NCBI GenBank assembly: GCA_041740795.1
Contig: JBGSLH010000004.1
Location: 1 to 61,710, forward strand
Source of the DNA: Minisyncoccia bacterium
Lineage (GTDB): Bacteria > Patescibacteriota > Minisyncoccia > Phycocordibacterales > JAACPR01
Direction of reading: 5' to 3'
DNA length: 61,710 bases
The notes under the pieces were generated by a model. It saw nothing but the letters and a program-made list of their open reading frames with translations. It was not told where the DNA came from and did no database searches. Below, in pieces: positions 17,888 through 27,839 of this stretch; position 1 is the stretch's first letter; each line of letters starts with the position of its first letter. The position numbers and the translations under genes are program-made.

Positions 17888-18652
17888 CTACTTTGCTTTC
17901 TTGAAATATTGACTGATTTTTTTCGTAATTCTTTTAAGGATAAAGAATCGGGGAATTTTTAATGAATTAACCTTCCATGCTTTTTGTAATTCGTGCCAGC
18001 CTTTTATTCTTTGTTTTAAATTCTGCGCACTTGTTCCCCCTTCTCTCATACTGACAAAAGTTTCGGGAATATATTTTACGTTTATCTTTTCGATCTTCAA
18101 AAGTCTGAGAAGTAGTTCGTAATCAGCGGCAATTGAGAATCGAGGGTCAAAAATTTTATCTAGTTTCTGATACACTTCTTTTCTTACAAAAAAAGTCGGG
18201 TGGGGAATTATCCAGCCATCGTTCAGACTTTCTTCTTCATATTTGCCGGATTTCCAAAAACGAGTCTGTTTTGAAATATTGTCCCGCTCTACATATCTCA
18301 AGTCTCCATATACTGCGTCTATATTTGGATCAGATTCAAACACTGAATTGATTTGAGATAAAATATCTTCAGAAGCAAAAAAATCATCGGAATTCAAAAT
18401 GCCGACAATGTCACATGTAGCGATTAAGATCCCTTTGTTCATTGCGTCATAGATTCCATTGTCAGGTTCTGAAATTAATGTAATATTTATTTTGTTTTTG
18501 TATGTTGAAATAAGTTTTTGGGTACCATCTGTTGAAGCTCCATCAACTATAATATATTCCAAGTCAGAATAATTTTGACCAATAACGCTTTGGATTGTGT
18601 CTCCAATTGTCTTACTCGAATTATAAGAGGGTGTAATTATTGTGATTTTCAT
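17888..18652 (-). CDS. Glycosyltransferase family 2 (WcaE-like)
   Basis: KITIITPSYN, IVDGASTDGT, GIYDAMNKG, LNSDD, PHPTFF. Confidence 0.93.
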   Translation of the reverse strand: MKITIITPSYNSSKTIGDTIQSVIGQNYSDLEYIIVDGASTDGTQKLISTYKNKINITLISEPDNGIYDAMNKGILIATCDIVGILNSDDFFASEDILSQINSVFESDPNIDAVYGDLRYVERDNISKQTRFWKSGKYEEESLNDGWIIPHPTFFVRKEVYQKLDKIFDPRFSIAADYELLLRLLKIEKINVKYIPETFVSMREGGTSAQNLKQRIKGWHELQKAWKVNSLKIPRFFILKRITKKISQYFKKAK

Positions 18653-18655
18653 TAT

Positions 18656-19408
18656 CTATAGAATTTTGTATGTGGCCAAAATTTCCGTTGATGTTTCAAC
18701 AGTTGAACTATTCAAAGGAGAAAGCGTATATCCTAATGACTTTAGTAATTCAATACATTCTTGATGTATCTGCTCACTATGGGTAGATAAAAATATAGTA
18801 GGGTGGAATTCTTTTAAGGTTTGTAATGCACCATGTAATACATCGACTTCTGCACCTTCAACATCAATTTTCATTAGATTGGGTCTAAGAATAATTTGAT
18901 CGGCAATTAATTCATCGAGACTTATGACTGGTACAAGTAGGCCACTTTTTTCCTGACTCAAAAAACCTGTTGCAGCATGATCTCCGTCATTAAAATAAAC
19001 CACATCCTTTTTATTTGAAACTCCTCCAATAAAAACTTTTGAATTAGTACAGGTATTCAAATCAAAATGTCTTTTTAGATAATGAACGTTTCTCGGTGCT
19101 GGTTCAAAAGCGTACACATTCCCTCTGTCTCCTACAATTTTTGAAGCGATAAGAGAATAAAAACCAACATTTGCACCAATATCAAAAACCGTATCACCTT
19201 CTTTGATCTTGTCTGTGAACATTCTTTGCTGTTCAATTTCGTATGTTCCAAGCCAGTATGCATTTACTCCAGATCCTTTTATCCATCGAGATCCTTTCAA
19301 TGAACCTTGCAAGATGGGTAGGATTGTTTCATTGGGAATAATCTTGAGAAGTAATCTTGAAAAAGATCCAAGAAGTGTTTTTTTTGAAATTTTTGAAATA
19401 TTGATCAT
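18656..19408 (-). CDS. FkbM-family methyltransferase
   Basis: VFDIGANVG, AFEP, MKIDVEGAE. Confidence 0.92.
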   Translation of the reverse strand: MINISKISKKTLLGSFSRLLLKIIPNETILPILQGSLKGSRWIKGSGVNAYWLGTYEIEQQRMFTDKIKEGDTVFDIGANVGFYSLIASKIVGDRGNVYAFEPAPRNVHYLKRHFDLNTCTNSKVFIGGVSNKKDVVYFNDGDHAATGFLSQEKSGLLVPVISLDELIADQIILRPNLMKIDVEGAEVDVLHGALQTLKEFHPTIFLSTHSEQIHQECIELLKSLGYTLSPLNSSTVETSTEILATYKIL

Positions 19409-20313
19409 GTAATTAGGGTAAAAAGCTTTTTAATAAAATGTTTCCAGAATGGATAATTGTTTCTTTGGGTAATATTATCAGATTCGATGTCTTTAACAAT
19501 ATTTACAGGATGATTCAATGGAAATTGAAGTGGTGATGTCACCATATTTGCAAACTTACTGATCCTTTTTGTGTGAGTAGATTGTAGGTCTCCGAATCCG
19601 ATATTAGAAATGAGATTAACTGAAGGCATGATGGAAAGATAGTTGTTAGTGAAACACGCATATGACCACTGGTAATCCCATGTATCTATTTTGTTATTGT
19701 ATACATCATCAAATATCGAAGACCAGTAAAAAGCATCTTTTTTATTTCCGAATATTTGATCGAGCCCCTTTTGTCTTTTTGTATCTGGCCAATTGGATAG
19801 CGCAACGTCGTATTTTGCCCACGCCCTTTTCCAGGTTGCCCATCCCCAAATGTGCGAGTATTTTGAAAAGTAATAGCTGTATTCATTCTTAATTTTTCCA
19901 AATTGAAAATTGTCACCACTGATCATTCCAATTCGATCATCATCCTTGTACTTCTCCAGCATCTCCTCACAGAATTTGAAGAATGTTTGATCAGGAAGAC
20001 AATCATCCTCCAAGATAATCCCTTGTTCTTCGTTCTCAAAAAACCAATCTATTCCTGAAGACACTCTTTTTTTACAGCCAAGATTTATATCTGAATAATT
20101 TTTAAACACTTCGCATTCCCAATCGATCAAGTCTAGTATTTTGCGAGTTTCAGAACATAATATATCTTCATTCTTTTTTTCATTTCGTGCTCCATCTGCG
20201 ACAATATATAATTTTGTCGGCCTTAGTTCTTTTATTTTCTTAAAAACTTGAAAAGTAGTATCAGGTCGATTGAATATGATAAACAATATTGGGGTTTTGA
20301 AAGTCAGATTCAT
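19405..20313 (-). CDS. Nucleotide-diphospho-sugar transferase (HlpA-like GT-A)
   Basis: PILFIIFNRPD, IVADGAR, NLGCK, IILEDDC, HIWGWATW. Confidence 0.88.
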   Translation of the reverse strand: MNLTFKTPILFIIFNRPDTTFQVFKKIKELRPTKLYIVADGARNEKKNEDILCSETRKILDLIDWECEVFKNYSDINLGCKKRVSSGIDWFFENEEQGIILEDDCLPDQTFFKFCEEMLEKYKDDDRIGMISGDNFQFGKIKNEYSYYFSKYSHIWGWATWKRAWAKYDVALSNWPDTKRQKGLDQIFGNKKDAFYWSSIFDDVYNNKIDTWDYQWSYACFTNNYLSIMPSVNLISNIGFGDLQSTHTKRISKFANMVTSPLQFPLNHPVNIVKDIESDNITQRNNYPFWKHFIKKLFTLIT

Positions 20314-20314
20314 A

Positions 20315-21025
20315 TTATAGGTATTTACACACAAAGAATAACATCCTCACTAGAATATTGGGAGTGGGTAGGTTGTTATCTTGCATCTCTTTTAGATATT
20401 TGTCATGGTTAAGGTCTCCAAGTGAATCTCCTCTTTTTGTAAAAATTACAGACGATATGGGAAGATATGTAAAAGTTGAATCTTTGATCTGTGCAATTTT
20501 TACAAACAAATCAAGATCTCCACAGATTTTGAAATTAGAATACTTAAAACCTCCAACTTGACTATAAATGTTTTTGGAAAAGATAATACTTGGTTGGATT
20601 GCAGGGATACATCCGTGTTTTAAAAAGAATTTTCCAAATCTCCTCCCTTTGCCAAACTCGGTGCGGTTTTCATTTGTAAAAAAATAAGTACCGTCAGAAT
20701 ATATAAAATCAATTTTTCCTTTAGTCGCTTTTATATAGAGTTGCTCATAACCGGTAGGAATTATTCGATCGTCTGCATTTACCCATGTTATGAGATCACT
20801 TTGAGCTTCTTTGAACCCTTGATCTATTGCTCCGTACATTCCTGTGGCTTCTGTTTGATGGAAAAGTTTGATGTGTGGATATTTTGAAATTATCTCCAAG
20901 GAATTATCTGTCGAACCTCCATCTACTATAATATGTTCAAAAGGAATAGAAAGTTTTTGAATGGACAAAATATTATCTTCGATATATTTTCCATTATTAA
21001 GGTTTGGAGTGATTATGGAAAGCAT
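20315..21025 (-). CDS. Glycosyltransferase family 2
   Basis: SIITPNLN, IVDGGSTD, WVNADD. Confidence 0.9.
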   Translation of the reverse strand: MLSIITPNLNNGKYIEDNILSIQKLSIPFEHIIVDGGSTDNSLEIISKYPHIKLFHQTEATGMYGAIDQGFKEAQSDLITWVNADDRIIPTGYEQLYIKATKGKIDFIYSDGTYFFTNENRTEFGKGRRFGKFFLKHGCIPAIQPSIIFSKNIYSQVGGFKYSNFKICGDLDLFVKIAQIKDSTFTYLPISSVIFTKRGDSLGDLNHDKYLKEMQDNNLPTPNILVRMLFFVCKYL

Positions 21026-21026
21026 A

Positions 21027-21980
21027 TTAGGAATGGATAAGCTTAACAAGACTGGACTTTATCTTTCGTAACTTCCTAAGTAGAGTATATTCATGGATTG
21101 ATACGGGCTTTCGACCAACTCTTTTTATAAATTCATTTTCAAGATCTTTGATATGCCAGATCTCTAAAGGTTCAAAAAATTCTATACTCTGGGTATCAAA
21201 TAAGTTATATATTTCTTGTTTGTGCCAACTATCTAGGGGTTCAATTGAGGGGTGTTGTGATTTGTAATCTATAATCCATTCTTCTGGTGTTGTAGATAGT
21301 TTTCTAATTGCACATTCGAGTGAATGTGCATACGAAGAATTGATAGAAATATATCTTTTTGGATCTTTTACTAATTCACTACATCGGTATAGTGCTTGTT
21401 TGTACTGAGTCTTTTCCCAAAAGGTCCATTGGAGGTGAATTATCGGTGTAGAATCAACTTTTACACATGTTGTCAAAAAACCTTGAGGAATACGCGAAAC
21501 ATGATCATTGATTATAACTTCTGTGTCATAGTTTGTGATTCCATCATCTACCCACGCTGCACGTTGGTAATTTTTGTACCATACACCTGTGCTGTTGTAA
21601 TGTTTTAAAGATTTCCATAATTGTATCCATGGGAATCTGAAACTGTCACCAACCTTAAAATCATGTTCATTTAAAAACTTTCTAAACATATTAACAGGAA
21701 TATACTCATCTGCATCCAAACAAAGTATAAGATTTCCTTCTCCATATTGCCTGGCTTTTTTTAAGAGATCCCATCTAACTTGGTTTGAATGTCCTTCTCT
21801 CGGATTATCAATTACTGTCACTTTTGGAAAGTTTTTATACAATTCTTTTGATCCGTCAGTAGACATCTGATCAGATATAATAATTACATCGCAATATTGA
21901 GTAAGTATGTTCAAGGTAATTGGTAAAACAGCAATCTCATTTTTTACAGGCATAAGACATATTACTTTTGGGTTTTGCAT
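21027..21980 (-). CDS. Glycosyltransferase family 2-like
   Basis: CLMPVKNE, DQMSTDGS, CLDADE. Confidence 0.85.
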   Translation of the reverse strand: MQNPKVICLMPVKNEIAVLPITLNILTQYCDVIIISDQMSTDGSKELYKNFPKVTVIDNPREGHSNQVRWDLLKKARQYGEGNLILCLDADEYIPVNMFRKFLNEHDFKVGDSFRFPWIQLWKSLKHYNSTGVWYKNYQRAAWVDDGITNYDTEVIINDHVSRIPQGFLTTCVKVDSTPIIHLQWTFWEKTQYKQALYRCSELVKDPKRYISINSSYAHSLECAIRKLSTTPEEWIIDYKSQHPSIEPLDSWHKQEIYNLFDTQSIEFFEPLEIWHIKDLENEFIKRVGRKPVSIHEYTLLRKLRKIKSSLVKLIHS

Positions 21981-21983
21981 AAC

Positions 21984-23207
21984 TTATTTTGACCTTAATT
22001 TTTTAATTTGTCTGTATAAGGTAATAGTATATCTATTGTAAAACAATATTCGTAATTTTGTTAAAAAATGGAAAAATAATCTACGAGCCCGGTGAGGGAA
22101 GGGATTTTGTAATACATCCTTATAAATTTTGACGATCTTCCGTATTTGATTTTTGAGTTCATAGTGTTCGTTAAATCTTTCTTTTGCGTTTGTAGATAGT
22201 AAAGTATAGTACTCTTTATCATTCATTAATCTTGCAAGTTCTTCGGCATACTCTTCAATTGTGTCTACAACCTTGCCAGCATTACCGATTGCTTCTATGT
22301 GTCCATTTGCCATTGTCGATGTATGACTTACAATCGGTAATCCAAAATACATAGCTTCTGCCATTGCTGAAGAATTCACTTCTCCATCTTTTCGCCCATG
22401 AGAAAATACATCCAGTGTCAAAATAAAATTGTAGATATCATCTTGGGTTTCTGCATAAGGGAGAAATACGATGTTCTTAATACCTAACTCCTGAGCTTGT
22501 TTTTTGTACAGATCACTTCCGTTCAATAGTAAAAATACTGTATGTTCATTTTCGATCTTTTTGTATGCCGCAAGAGGGATGGGGGAATATATCCAATCAT
22601 CTTTTCGTTGGTGAAAACCAAAGACAAACTTGTTCTCAATTTTTAATTTTGGACGCAAGTCGACATAATTCTTTTTGGGTATCTCAATGAATGTGGAAAT
22701 AATCTCTACTCGTTTCGAATCGCCACCCTTTTTAATCCATTGATTTGCGGACCAACTTGAAATATGTAGAACTCGGGAAATATTGTACTGATTGTCTATG
22801 CCTGCCAACAAATGAAGAGAATCAATAATCGGAGTTTTTTTAATTTTTGTAAAGGGATATTCTGGATATCCTCCTCTGCCTGTTTGAATAAGATCATAAT
22901 TCTTTTCATTAAATTTTTCCCAAAAATCAGTTCCGATCCAGTCGTGATTTGGAGATGTTACGTCTTTGTATGCAACATGAAACTTAACAAGATTCACGGG
23001 ACTATTTTGTAGAAATTCGACTCGTTCTGGATCTGTATCGAGATGTTTAAAATCACTTCCAAGATATGGCGCTGCATCGCAATAAAAATAATCCACTGAA
23101 AACTTGTCTTCGGGTAGATTTGCTGCAAGAACCTGAAGAAACTTCTCAGTACCTCCTGCAGAGAGTCCTCCAAATTTTATAAAGGCGATTTTAATTTTTT
23201 GGGTCAT
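21984..23207 (-). CDS. Glycosyltransferase family 4 (GT-B)
   Basis: GGTEK N-terminal motif, DVFSHGRKDGEVNSSAMAEAMYFGLPIVS. Confidence 0.87.
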   Translation of the reverse strand: MTQKIKIAFIKFGGLSAGGTEKFLQVLAANLPEDKFSVDYFYCDAAPYLGSDFKHLDTDPERVEFLQNSPVNLVKFHVAYKDVTSPNHDWIGTDFWEKFNEKNYDLIQTGRGGYPEYPFTKIKKTPIIDSLHLLAGIDNQYNISRVLHISSWSANQWIKKGGDSKRVEIISTFIEIPKKNYVDLRPKLKIENKFVFGFHQRKDDWIYSPIPLAAYKKIENEHTVFLLLNGSDLYKKQAQELGIKNIVFLPYAETQDDIYNFILTLDVFSHGRKDGEVNSSAMAEAMYFGLPIVSHTSTMANGHIEAIGNAGKVVDTIEEYAEELARLMNDKEYYTLLSTNAKERFNEHYELKNQIRKIVKIYKDVLQNPFPHRARRLFFHFLTKLRILFYNRYTITLYRQIKKLRSK

Positions 23208-24150
23208 TGTTTTGTTCTTCCAATATTTTATCGACCGCAATTTTTACAGCTTCATCCGAGGATAATCGAGGACTCCAACCAAGTTTCTTGAGCTTTGAAA
23301 AATCATATTTAAATTGTGACACGTCACCGACCCATCCTCTGCTTCCGCCCGTATACCTTATTTTTGCAGGCAGTGACATGCAAGAGATAACGGTCTCTGC
23401 AATATGGGATACTTTTGTCTGGGTATCTACTCCGATATTGTATACGTTGAATTCTTCATTTGAATTCTTCCACACGAACAAAATTGCATCCACTATTTCC
23501 TTAACATAGATATACGGCTTGTTTTGCTGTCCATCTCCAAGAACTTCCAACTCGTATGGAGTGGCCCGAAGTTTTCTTATGAAATCATAAATTGCTCCGT
23601 GTGTGGCATATTCACCGACAACGTTAGGGAAGCGTGTAACCCATACCTTTATCCCGTAATTATGAGCATAGGCACTCAAGAAACCTTCCGAAGCTAATTT
23701 TGCGGCACCATAATGAGAGATCGGGATTAGTGGGCCGGTATCTTCTGTCACTGCTAGGTTGGTATCGCCCCAGACAGCACCGGTTGAAGGGAATATGATT
23801 TCCTTGATCCCGTTGATGCGTGCCTGTTCCAGCACTGCAATCGTTGTCTGGAAAGTATTCTTATAATCAATGTCTGGAGATTTCATGCTGTTTGAAATGT
23901 CCGAGTTGGCCGCGAGGTGGAATATAACGTCAATGGTGTTTTTTTTAAAAACATTCCCGAATTCCTCTTCGTTCAAGATATCCCCCCTGATGAACGAAAA
24001 ATTCTCGCTTGTGCGCAGTCTTGCAATATTCCTCTCGACTCCGAGGGAGAGATTGTCGAAAGCTACGACTTTGTGTCCTTGCGCAAGAAGCTCTTCACAT
24101 ACGTGATTACCGATGAATCCTGCACCTCCTGTTACGAGTATTGTTTTCAT
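23191..24150 (-). CDS. NAD-dependent epimerase/dehydratase
   Basis: ILVTGGAGFIG, FHLAAN, YGAAK. Confidence 0.95.
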   Translation of the reverse strand: MKTILVTGGAGFIGNHVCEELLAQGHKVVAFDNLSLGVERNIARLRTSENFSFIRGDILNEEEFGNVFKKNTIDVIFHLAANSDISNSMKSPDIDYKNTFQTTIAVLEQARINGIKEIIFPSTGAVWGDTNLAVTEDTGPLIPISHYGAAKLASEGFLSAYAHNYGIKVWVTRFPNVVGEYATHGAIYDFIRKLRATPYELEVLGDGQQNKPYIYVKEIVDAILFVWKNSNEEFNVYNIGVDTQTKVSHIAETVISCMSLPAKIRYTGGSRGWVGDVSQFKYDFSKLKKLGWSPRLSSDEAVKIAVDKILEEQNNDPKN

Positions 24151-24155
24151 ATTAT

Positions 24156-24872
24156 TTATATCTTAAATCCAGCACTTTGTGCATCGTTATAAAACATCTT
24201 TACCGTATCCAGAGAATATTCATCTAGATCATAACCAATAAGGGATAATTTTTTGAGAATATCATTGGTTACTGTTATGATGTGGCATCCAATATCATCT
24301 GCTTGGAAAATATTGAGGAGTTCCCGAGGACTGGCCCAAATCAATTCTGCTTTTGGATTACTTTTCATTATTTCAATAGATTCGGTCATGAGAGGGAGTG
24401 GGTCATGGCCTGTGTCTGCAATTCGTCCTGCAAAGACAGAGATGCAGCTTGGAACTTCCGGATTGAGTACTGCAACGACATTCTTGACCTGTTCAAGCGT
24501 CATGAGTGCGGTTACATTTACTTTGACCTTTTGATCAGTCAGTCTTTTTATGAGATCGTAGCAAGGTTCCTGTTTTGTATTTGTAATCGGAATTTTCACG
24601 TATACATTTTTACCCCAGCTCGCAATCTCCAGTGCCTGTCTCTCCATCTCGTCAAAGTCATCAGAAAAAACTTCAAAAGAAATCGGCTTATTCTGAATAA
24701 TAGACAGAATATCTTTTGCAAACTCACTATAATTCGTAATCCCGGCTTTCTTCATGAGTGTCGGATTTGTAGTGAGTCCTTTTATGAAATCCTTTTCGTA
24801 CATTTCAAGCATACCTGCCTTGTCCGCTCCATCTGCAAAAATCTTTATGTTCAGGTCGTTAATTGTTTTCAT
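24156..24872 (-). CDS. tal: Transaldolase (short family)
   Basis: GLTTNPTLM, NVYVKIP, VNVT, SVFAGRIAD, LIWAS. Confidence 0.9.
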   Translation of the reverse strand: MKTINDLNIKIFADGADKAGMLEMYEKDFIKGLTTNPTLMKKAGITNYSEFAKDILSIIQNKPISFEVFSDDFDEMERQALEIASWGKNVYVKIPITNTKQEPCYDLIKRLTDQKVKVNVTALMTLEQVKNVVAVLNPEVPSCISVFAGRIADTGHDPLPLMTESIEIMKSNPKAELIWASPRELLNIFQADDIGCHIITVTNDILKKLSLIGYDLDEYSLDTVKMFYNDAQSAGFKI

Positions 24873-24875
24873 GTT

Positions 24876-25445
24876 TTATTGTGTTATTAAGTCGAGTACT
24901 TCTGATAATTCACATATTGAGTGAAGAGGGGAACTCGCTCCTCGTTTTTTATTGGAATGGTCGTTGATAAGTTGAATTGTTTTTACTCCGGCCGCAATCC
25001 CACATTCAATATCGTTATCTTGGTCTCCGATCATCCATGAGCCTGAAAGATCCAGACTGTAGTCGTATGCAGCTTTTTTTATGAAGAATGGTTTTGGTTT
25101 ACGACATTCACAAGGACCTGAATATTCAGATATCACCCCGTCCGGATGATGATAACAGTAATAATATTCTTTAATATTTATACCATATTTTTCAATCTGT
25201 TCCTGGAGCCTTCGGTGGATTTCCTTGATGTTTTCAAGTGATGTTTTGCCTTTTGCATAGCTTGGCTGATTTGAAATGGTAAAGAGGTTGTATCCCATGT
25301 CATTGAACTTTTTGAGGGTTTCGAGTACGTTCGGTCTCAAAATCAAGTCATGCGGTTCATGGGGAGATTCATAATCGTCAGTTTTTGGATTGAAAACCAA
25401 TTCATTTATGACGCCGTCCCTGTCTAAGAAAATTGCCTTGTTCAT
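24876..25445 (-). CDS. gmhB: D,D-heptose 1,7-bisphosphate phosphatase (HAD)
   Basis: AIFLDRDGVIN, SNQP, CYHHP, CECRKPKP, MIGD. Confidence 0.93.
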   Translation of the reverse strand: MNKAIFLDRDGVINELVFNPKTDDYESPHEPHDLILRPNVLETLKKFNDMGYNLFTISNQPSYAKGKTSLENIKEIHRRLQEQIEKYGINIKEYYYCYHHPDGVISEYSGPCECRKPKPFFIKKAAYDYSLDLSGSWMIGDQDNDIECGIAAGVKTIQLINDHSNKKRGASSPLHSICELSEVLDLITQ

Positions 25446-26149
25446 TATTTGGTGGATTCCCACTTTGCTTCCTGTACCTTGAGTGTTGGACTTGAAACAA
25501 GCAAGTGCCAGATTACAGCGTGAAAAGATTCTGTAAGGGGAGTGACCATGTCAGGATTTACGGTAGGTACGATTATTGCGACGTCTGCAACTTGTGCTGT
25601 ATAGCCGCCATCCCTTCCTACGATTCCGAATATTTTTGCGTTAACTTCTTTTGCGAACTTCAATGCCTTTACAATATTGGTACTGATATTTTTCTCTTCA
25701 TTTCCTCCTCCTACTGAAATAACAAAAATGCAGTCCTTTGAAGTAAGTCTGCTTCCCTTGAGCCAGTTTACAAAGACAGAATCCCATCCGTCATCATTGG
25801 TACGTGCCGTAAGTTCTGAAACGTTGTCAGTCGGGGCATATGCCTCAATCCCGACTAGTTTTCGAAAGTCATTCACTGCATGGCCGGCGTTGCCCGCACT
25901 TCCTCCAACACCAAGGATAAAGAGTCTTCCTCCGTTTGTCCGTGTATCCAAAATAAGCTTGATTGCCTTTTCGATGAGCTCCTTGTCGAGAGCTTTTGTG
26001 ATCTGCTCAACAGCATACAGGTATGAATTGATATAATCGGACATCTCCACGTAGTTTTTCTCGATAGCCGTTATTCGATTGCGTAAAAAAGCCAGCTCCT
26101 CGTCTGAATTTTTAAAAGTCTTCTGTTCCTGTGGGAATTCGGGATTCAT
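25445..26149 (-). CDS. gmhA: Phosphoheptose isomerase (SIS) with N-terminal extension
   Basis: LGVGGSAGNAGHAVNDF, TARTNDDGW, ISVGGG, TESFHAVIWH; alternative start 26044. Confidence 0.88.
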   Translation of the reverse strand: MNPEFPQEQKTFKNSDEELAFLRNRITAIEKNYVEMSDYINSYLYAVEQITKALDKELIEKAIKLILDTRTNGGRLFILGVGGSAGNAGHAVNDFRKLVGIEAYAPTDNVSELTARTNDDGWDSVFVNWLKGSRLTSKDCIFVISVGGGNEEKNISTNIVKALKFAKEVNAKIFGIVGRDGGYTAQVADVAIIVPTVNPDMVTPLTESFHAVIWHLLVSSPTLKVQEAKWESTK

Positions 26150-26160
26150 GTTCCGTAATG

Positions 26161-26853
26161 TTAGTTAATGTATTTTTTAAAATCTTCAATACCATCAAAA
26201 GAGCCTATCTCATAAAATCTCTGTTTTGTTTCAAAACCGAGCATTTTGCCATCTTCCACCAACTTCTTACTTATATGAGCTAGATCGGATACCTCACCGT
26301 CACTAAGGGTATTAAAGCACTCTTTGGTCAGAATGGAAAGCCCATATTCTATGAACTTCATTTCAGGAACAGGATTGCCTTTGTCGTACTTCATGAGCGT
26401 ATTTTCTTCAAAAATCACGTTGCTTTTATCCCACTTATTTTCGTTCTTGATAACCGTCATCAGTGCCTGGCTTGAGTTTTTTTCAAAAAAATCAGAAACT
26501 TCCCGAAAGTCTATCGGCAGGTAGGAATCTCCGTACATCATGAAAAAAGTTTCAGGCAGAAGAGGCAGAGCTTTCTTTATGGTTCCGGCCGTACCTAGTA
26601 GGGTGTTCCCATCAGGAGAATATGAAACCTTGAGACCAAATTTTGTTCCATCGCCCACGAATTCCTCAATCTGTTCACCGAGATATCCTGTACAAATAAC
26701 GACATGCTCAATACCTTGCTTCTTTAACAGATTCAGCTGATATTCAATAAAAGGTTTTCCATGTATCTCTATCATGGCTTTTGGGACGGATTGACTGAGC
26801 GGTCTTATTCGAGTTGCCAATCCTCCTGACAATAATACTAGGCTTGTGATCAT
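26161..26853 (-). CDS. hddC: Heptose-1-phosphate nucleotidyl(guanylyl)transferase
   Basis: LSGGLATRIRP, PKAM, LLGTAG, YGDSY; context. Confidence 0.82.
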   Translation of the reverse strand: MITSLVLLSGGLATRIRPLSQSVPKAMIEIHGKPFIEYQLNLLKKQGIEHVVICTGYLGEQIEEFVGDGTKFGLKVSYSPDGNTLLGTAGTIKKALPLLPETFFMMYGDSYLPIDFREVSDFFEKNSSQALMTVIKNENKWDKSNVIFEENTLMKYDKGNPVPEMKFIEYGLSILTKECFNTLSDGEVSDLAHISKKLVEDGKMLGFETKQRFYEIGSFDGIEDFKKYIN

Positions 26854-26858
26854 GGTTC

Positions 26859-27836
26859 TTAAAATAATATCTTTGTTCCTTCAAAATCAAATTTGAAGCG
26901 TACCTCCTCAAGACCCTCTGAAGCCAATGTTTTTCGGAGCTGCGCCTTATCATTTGCGTAAAACATCAGGAATCCGCCTCCACCTGCACCAATCAGCTTT
27001 CCGCCTATTGCTCCGTTTTGCATTGCAAGCGCATACCATTCGTCTATCTTGGGGTTGGACATGTTTCCAGAACGCTTCTTCTTGTGTTCCCAGTGAACGT
27101 TCATAAGTTTTCCAAAAGTTTCAAGATCTCCATTCTCGAGGGCAGTCTTACTTTTAAGCCCCAACTCTTTCACAAAGTGCAAGTTGGAGATCATGTCTTC
27201 GTTGTTTGTCTTGCTCTTGTCATTTTGTTCTTTGAGAATTGTTCCGGCGGCTCGCGAGTATCCCGTAAAAAACAAAAGAAGATTATCTTCGAGATTATGG
27301 AGTGTCTCTTTGTTGATTTTGAGAGGAGATATCTTGACCTCTCCATTTTTACAGAATTCAAAACACGTAATGCCTCCATGTGCGGCAATGTATTGGTCTT
27401 GTTTTCCTATCGGCTCGTTCAGTCGGTCGATCTCGATGTGGCAAGCTTGCTGGGCCAATTCAGACTGACTTAGAATATTTTTCTCATAATGATTCAGGCC
27501 TTTTAGTAGGGCAGTGGTAAAGCTTCCTGAAGATCCGAGCCCTGTCCCTGCAGGAATGTCAGCGACGCTCGTTATTTCGATCTGCGTCGTATCGGGACTT
27601 ATCAACTTGAGCGATTCCTTGATGATGGGGTGCTCGATGGAGTCGACGTTCTGAACGGTCTCTATCTTTGAATATTTGAGGAAAATATCGGGAATAAAAG
27701 GCTTGCTTATCGTGATATAAACATATTTATCAATGGCTGCGGCTACGAGAAAACCACCGTGCTGACCATAATATGATTCAAGGTCGGTACCTCCTCCTCC
27801 GAGGCTTATTCGTAATGGACTTCGTGTTATAAGCAT
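26859..27836 (-). CDS. hddA: D-glycero-alpha-D-manno-heptose 7-phosphate kinase (GHMP)
   Basis: RSPLRISLGGGGTD, PAGTGLGSSGS, IGKQDQY, GGKLIGAGGGGF. Confidence 0.93.
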   Translation of the reverse strand: MLITRSPLRISLGGGGTDLESYYGQHGGFLVAAAIDKYVYITISKPFIPDIFLKYSKIETVQNVDSIEHPIIKESLKLISPDTTQIEITSVADIPAGTGLGSSGSFTTALLKGLNHYEKNILSQSELAQQACHIEIDRLNEPIGKQDQYIAAHGGITCFEFCKNGEVKISPLKINKETLHNLEDNLLLFFTGYSRAAGTILKEQNDKSKTNNEDMISNLHFVKELGLKSKTALENGDLETFGKLMNVHWEHKKKRSGNMSNPKIDEWYALAMQNGAIGGKLIGAGGGGFLMFYANDKAQLRKTLASEGLEEVRFKFDFEGTKILF

Positions 27837-27839
27837 GTG

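Noticed and set aside
24282-24890. 202-aa plus-strand ORF
   Set aside because: Antisense shadow of transaldolase; same applies to 27018-27473, 36011-36448, 50133-50582, 55215-55790
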